From NCBI GenBank assembly GCA_014237915.1, contig JABACC010000013.1, positions 568 through 64,567 of the forward strand: a DNA stretch of 64,000 bases. Direction: 5' to 3'. Of the stretch, positions 1-8,144 are shown one piece after another. The notes under the pieces are model-generated. The model was not told where the DNA came from and did no database searches. It worked only from the letters and a program-made list of their open reading frames with translations. This DNA comes from Candidatus Paceibacter sp. (GTDB lineage: Bacteria; Patescibacteriota; Minisyncoccia; Phycocordibacterales; GCA-2747955). The position numbers and the translations under genes were made by a program. Each line of letters starts with the position of its first letter. Positions within the stretch are counted from its first letter, which is position 1.

Positions 1-1
1 T

Positions 2-745
2 AAAATTATTGTTGTAAATGGCGATGATGAAAATTCAGAAGATTTTTTAAATTTCAAAATAGAAAACAAAAAAAGATTCAGTTTAAAAGATGCTGGTGAA
101 TATGAAATTTTAAAAGATGGAATAAAATTTTTTTATGGAGGAGAAGAAATTATTTCTCCACTAAGAGGAGAGTTTAATTTACAAAATATTTTGGCTGCCA
201 TTTCTGTTGCAAGATTTTTTGGAATTTCCACTGACAAAATAAAAAACATAATTAGAAATTTTTCTGGAATTTCTGGCAGAGTTGAAAAAGTTGAAGCTGG
301 CCAAGATTTTGAAATTATTGTCGATTATGCGCACACTCCAGATTCATTAGAAAAACTTTATCAAGCTTTTGGGATGAATAAAAAAATTTGTGTTTTAGGA
401 AACACAGGTGGAGGAAGAGACAGGTGGAAAAGACCAGAAATGGCAACAATCGCTGAAAGATATTGTTCTGAAATAATTTTAACAAACGAAGATCCATACG
501 ACGAAGATCCAGAGGCAATTTTAAAAGATATGTCGGACGCCATAAAAAGACCAATTTTTACAAAAATATTAGATAGAAGAGAAGCAATCAAAACCGCTTT
601 GAAAAAAGCAAAAAAAGGGGATAGTGTTTTAATTACAGGAAAGGGGACTGATCCATATATTATGGAAGAGGGTGGTAAAAAAACCCCTTGGCTTGATTCG
701 AAGGTTGCAAAAGAAGAAATGGAAAAAATTTTGAATAAACAATAA
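2..745 (+). CDS. murE: UDP-N-acetylmuramoyl-tripeptide ligase MurE, C-terminal part (5' end outside window)
   Basis: Open frame runs from base 2 with no upstream stop. Mur ligase C-terminal motifs present: LRGEFNLQNILAAISVA, DYAHTPDSLEKL, GNTGGGRDRWKRP, ITGKGTDPY. Confidence 0.75.
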   Translation, partial: KIIVVNGDDENSEDFLNFKIENKKRFSLKDAGEYEILKDGIKFFYGGEEIISPLRGEFNLQNILAAISVARFFGISTDKIKNIIRNFSGISGRVEKVEAGQDFEIIVDYAHTPDSLEKLYQAFGMNKKICVLGNTGGGRDRWKRPEMATIAERYCSEIILTNEDPYDEDPEAILKDMSDAIKRPIFTKILDRREAIKTALKKAKKGDSVLITGKGTDPYIMEEGGKKTPWLDSKVAKEEMEKILNKQ

Positions 746-790
746 AAGCTGATATACTTTAAAATAATTATTGGTTTATTTTTTATTTTT

Positions 791-3700
791 ATGTTAAAAA
801 AAAACACTTTTTTTATAAATAATATTTTTAACAAAAGCATTTTTTTTTTGTGTGTTTTATTTTTTGTTTTATTTATTTTTGCAAAAGCATCTTCTGTTTC
901 TGTAAGCTCACTAACAGATGGTTTAGGAAATAACCTTCTTGCAGACGATGGTCCGTATAACTTATCTTCTATAGTCGCATCAGGAACAACTAACGTTTCT
1001 GAGGAACTTCCAATAGCTGCTGTATTATCTGGGCCAGAAGGAATCAATGTTCTAGACGAAACTCTAACAGATTCTTCAGGAAATTGGACTTTAGATAATT
1101 CTTCTAACCCTTTAAGCTTTGCTCCAACTGGAGAAAATGATTTATGGATAGGTCAATATTTTAATACACACGCAATTGAAAAAGAAACATGGAGGGATAT
1201 GGCAACTGATGGAAATGGTAATTTTGTGGCAGTTGCTAAAAATAAAAAATATGCATATTCTAATGACTATGGAAAAACATGGACTGCAGCAATTAATTTA
1301 AGTGATGAAAAATTATTAGATATTTTTTATGATACAAATCTTAATTTGTTTATGGCCTCAGGTTTTGCAAACAGCGGAGGTGCTAGAATTTTAACATCTA
1401 GCGACGGATCAACTTGGACAATTTATGATAGCCAAACCCTAAATTCTCAGTTTGATGATTCTGAATTTAATAAATTAATTTATGATGGAGCAGGTGTTTA
1501 TGTGGCAGTTTCTGATAATTCTAAAATAATGTATTCTTCAGACATAACATCTTCTTGGAATTATGCAACACAAATAGCAGCAGACATTCATCTATATAGT
1601 CTTACTCATGATGGGGTTAATTTTTGGGCCATTGGAGGTGGGGGAACAATAATAAAATCTTCTGATGGGATAACTTGGAATAGTGTTCCTCAATCTGTAA
1701 CAACAGATAATATTTATGGAATTATAAATTATGGTACTGATAAACTTATGGCTTATGGTGCTGGAGGTATGATAATGAAGTCAGAAGATAATGGAGCCTC
1801 ATGGACTGATTTATCAGCAAATGTACCAACAGATCTTCAGGATAATTTTTTCAGTGAATCTGTATACCATAATGGAGTTATTTACATAACAGGTGGAAAT
1901 GGAACTTTTATTTTTTCAGAAGACGAAGGTCTTACTTGGGATGAAAAATATTCAAATCCTGACGATGGTTCTTTTTATGGATTAACTTTGGATGGAGATA
2001 AAATTTATGCAATTTTATTTAAGGAAGAAGTTAAGGTTTTAGACTTAGTCCCATCTTTTTCAGATTATTCTGTGACCATCACAGATATTCCACAAGATAT
2101 TTCTCAACCAGATGGATCTGTTAATCTTATCGACTCTTCAGATAATGGGGCATCAAACACTGATAATCTAACAAACGATCCCAGACCAATAGTAGAAGTA
2201 GGGCCTTGTCAGGAAGCCACTTCAAAGCTAGTTTTGTACGCCATAGGGACGACATTTAATAATGATAAATATTATGAATTAGGAAGATCTTCTTGTCTGG
2301 ATACTTCGTCAAACTTAGAGATAACCCCAACTTATGATCTTCAGGCAGGAAATGGAGAAGTTTATAACTTTAAATATAGTGAAGTCTCTCAAACAAATGT
2401 AGAGACTGAACTATCATCAACATCTTTAGATATAACGATAGATTTAAATACACCAAGTCAAGTTAAGATTGATCTTGCTCAAGGAGCTTCCTTTGTTGAT
2501 TCAGTAAGTTTTAGTCTTTCGAATTTAGAAATAGGTGCAACTTACGAGTACGTTATAGATGAAAGCCCAATAAGTTCCTCGAATCCCTTGAGTTTTTCAG
2601 CCACAACCTCTTCAGAGTCAGTTAGCTTAGACAATGTTGATATATCATCCCTAAATGATGGTCTGCTAGTTGTTTATGCAAATTCAACAGATAAAGCTGG
2701 TAATAAAAATTCTAATAATCAAGCTTATTTTCAAAAAGCCTCTGTTCCTATAAATATTCCAACATTCGAAGTTTTAACTAGCACTAATTCAGTAAAAACA
2801 TCTGACTTTGAAACAAATATAAAACCAGGAGATTCTTATACCTTGGGGACTATACAAAATATTGTTTTAGATTCAAGATCATCAAGTACTTCAGATATAA
2901 AAATTAAATTAGGAGGAGTGGAAGTATCAGCTATTGATACCAGCTCGGAAAATATTTATAAGATATTTTATACAGTGGAAGATTTAAATTTTTTAAACAT
3001 ATCAAAAACAATTACTGAGACGTTAACTATTGCAGATGACACTCAGGGCCCAACCTTCGAAGTTCTAACATCATTTGGTGATATAAAAACATCTGACTTT
3101 GAAACAAAAATATATTCAGGTTACGATTATCAAACAGGGAGTATTCAAAATATTTCAGATGAGTCTGGAGCAAACGGAGGAGTCACGATAGGCGATATAG
3201 GAACAGACCCCGGAATTTATACAGTTGAATACAAGGTTACAGATAGTTCAACTAGTGCAAACAGCTCTTCGATAGTAGAAACTGTCTACGTTTATCACGA
3301 AGAGATATTTTTGGGCCTTACATTAACGACAAGTAAGAATAAGATCTTTTCAGATACTTTTTTATATGGAGCTGAAAATTTTTCTGATGATGGAATGTAT
3401 TTTTATGTAATATTAGACAGCAATTTAGTTGGCTACCAATTAACTACCGCTTACGATATAAGTTCTTTAGATTTAAATTTAAAAACAACAATAATCAATT
3501 TATCTACTGAAATAACTTTTTCAGAACCAGAAAAACTTACAATTGTAAACTATGATGACGATGGGGATGGTACAGACGATAGAGCTATTATATTTATTGC
3601 TGACCCTGATAAAAACAGATTGTTTAGAATAGAGACTAATAAACCAGTAGAGGAACTCACAAATCTAGATAGCCACTTAATTTCAGTAGATGAAATCATA

Positions 3701-6271
3701 ATAATAAAAAACAATTCTTTTTTTAACTCCCTAGTATCTGTTGATTTCTCAGAAGATGGAAATATAATGTTTTTATTAGATTCTCAAACAAATACATTAT
3801 ACAAGTTTAATTTAAAAAGCCCGTATAATTTAGAAAACTTAAATTTTTCTAATCCTGATGAACAAATCAATGTTGGTTTCGATAATGGAGCCACCCTGAA
3901 AGATTTTATTTTTATTAATAATGGACACACACTAGTATTTGTAGATAGTGGTGCATACTTAAGAAGATATGATTTTAAATATCCCTATGTTTTAGAATCC
4001 TCAATTGTCTCTGATAATAATAAAATTTTAGATAAATTCTCAACACATTATTTTGATGTGGATAGTTACACTTTAGTAGGTGGCGTTCATGATGAAGACA
4101 ACCTATTTCTTCTTAGATCGAAAAAACCAACTTTTAAGAACAGTTATCTTTATTTTAGAGAGTATTCTATTCAGTATGATACAACCAACTTTCCATTACC
4201 AACAAGGCCTAGTTTAAATGAAACAACTGACATTAATTTAAAAGACAATATTACAAATATAGAAAAACCAATAGTAGACGGAGAATGTACAGATGGAAAT
4301 AATGTAAAAATTTATCTAAATGATTCGCTCGCAGGATCTTCCACTTGTTCTTCAGGAGCTTTCTCAATACCAAGCTCTGTTTCTTTAGAGGAAGGGGATA
4401 ACGAAATTGTTTTTACAGAAACAATTAATGGAAATGAAGGAGAAAAATCAAATATACTTTGGGTTAATTATGATATAACCAAACCAGATATAGATCTTGA
4501 AGAAGATATTTTTTTATCTGGAAACTCTGAACTTTTAATTGATATTAAGGAGTACCCAACCATTGAAGGCCCTGGATTATCTGACGGTTGTAAAAATTCT
4601 GGAAACCAGAATTATGTAAATATTTTTATTAATGATGTTTTCGCAGGTTCAGGTACTTGTTTTTCTGAAAAAGGAGAATTTAATTTTTCAGTCACAAGCA
4701 CAGAGCCTCTAGTTGAAGGATTAAATAAAATTGACTATACTGTTTATTTTTTAGGTACGGAGACAGATGGCCAGGAATCTTTATGGGTTTATTATGACCC
4801 GTTAAGTACGACTGCTCAAACAGATGATCTTTTTGAGTCATCGGACGATACGGTAAAATTAAACATACAAGATGAAAATAATTATATAAATTTATATGAT
4901 TTTTCAACACTAGAAGATTGTAGTGACATCGTAGACTACAATTATCATATTTATAATGGAGTAGAGGAAAAAGTTACAAATCCAGACAATCAGTCTTTTT
5001 ATTATGTTTGTTTAAAATCAGAAGATTTAGCTGGAAATATTTCTTATTTGAAGACATCCTCACCAATAAGTATGAGTCTTGATAATGATGATGACGGATC
5101 GTCCGACTATGAAGAGTTTACACTCTCTATGATAAATTTTTCAGACGAAGATATTGATAATGATGGAACTAAAGATAGTCATCAAAAGAATTTTGTAGGA
5201 AGAGTAAACTCAAGAAATAAAGAGCCGATGTTTATTAGAATAAACGATTCTTCTTCTTGTAAAATAATAAAAGACTTTGATTATATTGATGATCCAACCG
5301 CCACCTCAGATTCCTTTAGGTTTCCCTTAGATCTTTTTTATTTTGAACTAGAGTGTGAAAATAGGAGAGATTCAGCTGAGATTACCATTTATTTTGATAA
5401 GGTTTATGATACTACAAACTGGCTCTTTAGAAAAATGAAGCAAGATGGTTCTTTTGTTAGTAGTATTGATGGAATGGTAAATTACGCAACAGCTACATTA
5501 AAAAATAATAAAGAAGTAACAACGATAACCTACACAGTGGAAGACGGGGGAGTGTATGATTATGATGAAACAATAGATAAAAAAATAATAGATCCTATCG
5601 GGGTTACAATATCTGATGATGTTTATGGGTGTAATGATGTTAGTGCTGAAAATTATGATCCTTTTTCTAACTTAAATGACGGATCTTGTATTTATTCAAA
5701 TCCTATTTACGGATGTACTAGCTCTTCTGCTTTAAATTATGATGGTTCTGCAAATACAGACGATGGATCTTGTACGTATACCGGCACTAGCAGCGGTGGA
5801 GGCGGAGGAGGAGGATCTTCTTATGATATAGAAACTGATAGCCCTTCAAATATTTCTTCAAACTCTGCTATTTTGGATGGAAAAGTTAAAGATGAAGATG
5901 ATTGGGAAATTTACTTTATCTTATCTAAAACTGATTCAAGACCTTCTTGTTCTGATGAATCAGACGAGGAAGATAAATATACCGTCTATACATTAGATGG
6001 AAAATATAATGAAAACGAAGATTTTTCTTACCAGGTAGATAATTTAGATTCAGATACAGAGTATTATTATAGAGCATGTGGAATTGATAGTGATGGAGAC
6101 ATTGAAAATGGAGATTCTAAAAAATCTTTCACTACTTTAACTTATATTGAGGCTGAAGTGATTTATGAAGAGGAAGAAGAAGATCAAAAGGAAGCCTTAA
6201 GAGGACAGCTAATTATTTTAATGACAAAGTTAGTTTCTTTATTAGAAGAAAAACTTAAATTTTTAAACTAA
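791..6271 (+). CDS. Giant (1826 aa) Ser/Thr/Asp/Asn-rich cell-surface protein. It has an N-terminal signal anchor and a BNR/Asp-box beta-propeller, followed by tandem Ig-like domains, GC..NYD..DDGSC repeats, a Gly linker and an FN3-like domain.
   Basis: Hydrophobic N-terminus. Repeated S-x-D-x-G-x-T-W motifs: YSNDYGKTWT, SSDGSTWT, SSDGITWN, SEDNGASWT, SEDEGLTWD. Duplicated PTFEVLTS...KTSDFET domain. Duplicated C..G...Y.N..AGS.TC domain. Two GC.D..A.NYD....DGSC.Y motifs. GGGGGGG run. Confidence 0.8.
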   Translation: MLKKNTFFINNIFNKSIFFLCVLFFVLFIFAKASSVSVSSLTDGLGNNLLADDGPYNLSSIVASGTTNVSEELPIAAVLSGPEGINVLDETLTDSSGNWTLDNSSNPLSFAPTGENDLWIGQYFNTHAIEKETWRDMATDGNGNFVAVAKNKKYAYSNDYGKTWTAAINLSDEKLLDIFYDTNLNLFMASGFANSGGARILTSSDGSTWTIYDSQTLNSQFDDSEFNKLIYDGAGVYVAVSDNSKIMYSSDITSSWNYATQIAADIHLYSLTHDGVNFWAIGGGGTIIKSSDGITWNSVPQSVTTDNIYGIINYGTDKLMAYGAGGMIMKSEDNGASWTDLSANVPTDLQDNFFSESVYHNGVIYITGGNGTFIFSEDEGLTWDEKYSNPDDGSFYGLTLDGDKIYAILFKEEVKVLDLVPSFSDYSVTITDIPQDISQPDGSVNLIDSSDNGASNTDNLTNDPRPIVEVGPCQEATSKLVLYAIGTTFNNDKYYELGRSSCLDTSSNLEITPTYDLQAGNGEVYNFKYSEVSQTNVETELSSTSLDITIDLNTPSQVKIDLAQGASFVDSVSFSLSNLEIGATYEYVIDESPISSSNPLSFSATTSSESVSLDNVDISSLNDGLLVVYANSTDKAGNKNSNNQAYFQKASVPINIPTFEVLTSTNSVKTSDFETNIKPGDSYTLGTIQNIVLDSRSSSTSDIKIKLGGVEVSAIDTSSENIYKIFYTVEDLNFLNISKTITETLTIADDTQGPTFEVLTSFGDIKTSDFETKIYSGYDYQTGSIQNISDESGANGGVTIGDIGTDPGIYTVEYKVTDSSTSANSSSIVETVYVYHEEIFLGLTLTTSKNKIFSDTFLYGAENFSDDGMYFYVILDSNLVGYQLTTAYDISSLDLNLKTTIINLSTEITFSEPEKLTIVNYDDDGDGTDDRAIIFIADPDKNRLFRIETNKPVEELTNLDSHLISVDEIIIIKNNSFFNSLVSVDFSEDGNIMFLLDSQTNTLYKFNLKSPYNLENLNFSNPDEQINVGFDNGATLKDFIFINNGHTLVFVDSGAYLRRYDFKYPYVLESSIVSDNNKILDKFSTHYFDVDSYTLVGGVHDEDNLFLLRSKKPTFKNSYLYFREYSIQYDTTNFPLPTRPSLNETTDINLKDNITNIEKPIVDGECTDGNNVKIYLNDSLAGSSTCSSGAFSIPSSVSLEEGDNEIVFTETINGNEGEKSNILWVNYDITKPDIDLEEDIFLSGNSELLIDIKEYPTIEGPGLSDGCKNSGNQNYVNIFINDVFAGSGTCFSEKGEFNFSVTSTEPLVEGLNKIDYTVYFLGTETDGQESLWVYYDPLSTTAQTDDLFESSDDTVKLNIQDENNYINLYDFSTLEDCSDIVDYNYHIYNGVEEKVTNPDNQSFYYVCLKSEDLAGNISYLKTSSPISMSLDNDDDGSSDYEEFTLSMINFSDEDIDNDGTKDSHQKNFVGRVNSRNKEPMFIRINDSSSCKIIKDFDYIDDPTATSDSFRFPLDLFYFELECENRRDSAEITIYFDKVYDTTNWLFRKMKQDGSFVSSIDGMVNYATATLKNNKEVTTITYTVEDGGVYDYDETIDKKIIDPIGVTISDDVYGCNDVSAENYDPFSNLNDGSCIYSNPIYGCTSSSALNYDGSANTDDGSCTYTGTSSGGGGGGGSSYDIETDSPSNISSNSAILDGKVKDEDDWEIYFILSKTDSRPSCSDESDEEDKYTVYTLDGKYNENEDFSYQVDNLDSDTEYYYRACGIDSDGDIENGDSKKSFTTLTYIEAEVIYEEEEEDQKEALRGQLIILMTKLVSLLEEKLKFLN
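2755..3330 (+). repeat. Two diverged tandem ~290-bp units encoding a repeated PTFEVLTS...KTSDFET...GTIQNI domain inside the giant surface-protein gene
   Basis: Protein-level repeat is visible in the translation. Nucleotide similarity between the units is moderate. Confidence 0.5.
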
Positions 6272-6320
6272 TTATTCCAAAAAATAAAATTTTTAAATAG
6301 GAAATAAATAATTGAAAACA

Positions 6321-6357
6321 AAAAGTGCGCACCGAAGGTGCGCACTTTTTGTTTTTT
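6321..6357 (+). terminator. Rho-independent terminator (GTGCGCACC-GAAG-GTGCGCAC hairpin followed by a T-run)
   Basis: Perfect 9-bp GC-rich stem followed by tttttgtttttt. Located directly after the giant gene. Confidence 0.75.
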
Positions 6358-6371
6358 AAAATTTTAAAAAT

Positions 6372-6380
6372 TGTTATAAT
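6372..6380 (+). promoter_or_regulatory. Extended -10 box TGTTATAAT, 12 nt upstream of the gatC ATG, with no SD (near-leaderless)
   Basis: Sequence ttgttataat, then ttaattaaaatt, then ATG. Confidence 0.45.
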
Positions 6381-6392
6381 TTAATTAAAATT

Positions 6393-6692
6393 ATGGAAAG
6401 TGAAAATAAAAAAATAGTTGAAAATTTAGCAGATCTTTCAAGGATAAATTTAAGTGAAGCTGAGGTGGAAAAATTTTCGAACTCTTTTTTCGATGTTTTA
6501 GATTTTATAAATAAAATCAACTCTTTTTCTTTCGAAGATAAAGAAAATAATAAAAAAGATTTTTCCTTAAAAAACATAACCAGAAAAGATGAAGTTTTAG
6601 AATCATCAGAAAAGGAAAAAGGAGAGATTTTAAAAAATATGCCGAAAGTAGAAAATGGATATTTAAAAGTTAAAAAAATTTTGCCAAATTAA
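6393..6692 (+). CDS. gatC: Asp/Glu-tRNA amidotransferase subunit C
   Basis: 99 aa. LADLSRINLSEAEVEKF matches the GatC N-terminus. C-terminal NMPKVENGYLKV motif present. Confidence 0.7.
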   Translation: MESENKKIVENLADLSRINLSEAEVEKFSNSFFDVLDFINKINSFSFEDKENNKKDFSLKNITRKDEVLESSEKEKGEILKNMPKVENGYLKVKKILPN

Positions 6693-6695
6693 TTT

Positions 6696-7535
6696 ATGAA
6701 AAATTTTGTTGTTAAAAAAGGAGATGGTTCAACCCAAGTTTTTCAAAGAAAAAAACTGAAAAACTCTTTAAAAAAAGCTGGAGCTTCAGAATCTGATTCA
6801 GAAAATATTACAAAACACATTGAAAAAGAACTTTTTGATGGAATTACTACAAACAAAATTTATTCGCACGCTTTTTCTTTTTTAAAAAAAGAGAAAAAAC
6901 AAGCGCTTTATAATTACTCTTTAAGAAGAGCCATTTCAGAACTTGGACCATCTGGGTTTCCATTTGAAATTTTTTTAGCAAAAGTTTTAGAAAAAAATGG
7001 TTGGCAAAATGTTAAGGTCGGCAGAAAAATTAAAGGTTTCTGTGTTTCTCATGAAGTTGATATTGTGGCAGAAAATGAGGAAAAATTAATGACGGCAGAA
7101 TTAAAATTTCATAATAAACCAAATATTAAAACAGATGTAAAAGTTATTTTGTATGTCAGAGAAAGATTTAGAGATATTTTAAAGTCTGGTTTTTATGCTG
7201 AAAAAAAACCGGTTTATTCTGTGATAACAAACACAAAATTTTCTTCAAATGCTGTAACTTATGGAAATTGTTCTGGAATGTATTTACTTTCTTGGAATTA
7301 TCCAAAAAATGAAAATATTCAAACGATGGTTGAAAAAGCCAAGCTGCACCCAATAACAGCCCTTACCAGTATTTCAAAAACAGAAAAAAGATATATTTTA
7401 AAAGAAGGAATTGTTCTATGCTCTGATTTAATTAAAAACAATGGAGAAAAACTAAGAAAAACAAAAGTTATTCCAAAAAGTAAAATTCAAAAAATTATTG
7501 ATGAGTCTAAAATTGTTTGTGATTGTTGTGATTAG
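6696..7535 (+). CDS. ATP-cone domain fused to a Mrr-like PD-(D/E)xK restriction-endonuclease-fold domain
   Basis: N-terminus MKNFVVKKGDGSTQVFQRKKLKNSLKKA is ATP-cone-like. Nuclease core is GFCVSHEVDIVAENEEKLMTAELK (D..E.K). C-terminal CDCCD. Starts 4 nt after the gatC stop. Confidence 0.55.
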   Translation: MKNFVVKKGDGSTQVFQRKKLKNSLKKAGASESDSENITKHIEKELFDGITTNKIYSHAFSFLKKEKKQALYNYSLRRAISELGPSGFPFEIFLAKVLEKNGWQNVKVGRKIKGFCVSHEVDIVAENEEKLMTAELKFHNKPNIKTDVKVILYVRERFRDILKSGFYAEKKPVYSVITNTKFSSNAVTYGNCSGMYLLSWNYPKNENIQTMVEKAKLHPITALTSISKTEKRYILKEGIVLCSDLIKNNGEKLRKTKVIPKSKIQKIIDESKIVCDCCD

Positions 7536-7544
7536 TATTTTTTT

Positions 7545-7582
7545 ATAAAAAAGCGGATTTGCCTTTGGCAAATCCGCTTTTT
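7545..7582. terminator. Bidirectional terminator hairpin GCGGATTTGCC-TTT-GGCAAATCCGC with an A-run upstream and a T-run downstream
   Basis: Lies between convergent genes 6696..7535(+) and 7605..8066(-). Confidence 0.7.
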
Positions 7583-7604
7583 TATTTTTAAATTTTTGTA
7601 AAAA

Positions 7605-8066
7605 CTATCTTGCTTTTATTTTTCTTTTTCTGTCTTTGTCTATTTTTGGAAGTTTAATTGATAAAATTCCGTTTCTGATTTTTGCATCAGATTCTTCAAT
7701 ATCAATTTCTTTTGGAAGTAAAATTTTTCGTGTGTATGATCCCCAAGAAAGTTCTTTTTGGAAATAATTTTCTTCACTAACTTCTGAAAATTCAGACCTA
7801 GATCCTATTATCGTAACCATATCCCTTGTTATATCGATATCTAAGTTGTCTGTAGTTGTTCCCGGAACAAAACCCTTTATATATAGATAGTCCGCATCTT
7901 CATATAAATCAACCTGCAAATCTACACTTATTTCTTCCTCATCTAAAATATTTTCTAAAGAATTATCCTCACCATCTTCTAAAACATCCTCGTCGTATTC
8001 TTCATAATTCATATCTGATCCTGTAATTTTTTTAAAAAAGTTTTTCATAAATTTTATTTTATACAA
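7605..8066 (-). CDS. Small heat-shock protein, Hsp20/alpha-crystallin family
   Basis: The segment VDLYEDADYLYIKGFVPG...NGILSIKLPK matches the alpha-crystallin domain pattern. Acidic N-terminal region. Confidence 0.75.
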   Translation of the reverse strand: MYKIKFMKNFFKKITGSDMNYEEYDEDVLEDGEDNSLENILDEEEISVDLQVDLYEDADYLYIKGFVPGTTTDNLDIDITRDMVTIIGSRSEFSEVSEENYFQKELSWGSYTRKILLPKEIDIEESDAKIRNGILSIKLPKIDKDRKRKIKAR

Positions 8067-8128
8067 TTAATAATCTTATATAAAAATTTTATCAATTTTT
8101 TTACTAAAGCACAATTTTTTATTTTATA

Positions 8129-8137
8129 TGTTAAAAT
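8129..8137 (+). promoter_or_regulatory. Extended -10 box TGTTAAAAT, 7 nt upstream of the alaS ATG (leaderless)
   Basis: Sequence tatgttaaaat, then tattttt, then ATG. Confidence 0.45.
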
Positions 8138-8144
8138 TATTTTT

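Noticed and set aside
315-1047. Minus-strand ORFs 315..554 and 361..1047 overlapping murE and the start of the giant gene
   Set aside because: Antisense to a clearly conserved Mur ligase frame. Low-complexity translations with no motifs. Typical AT-rich shadow ORFs.
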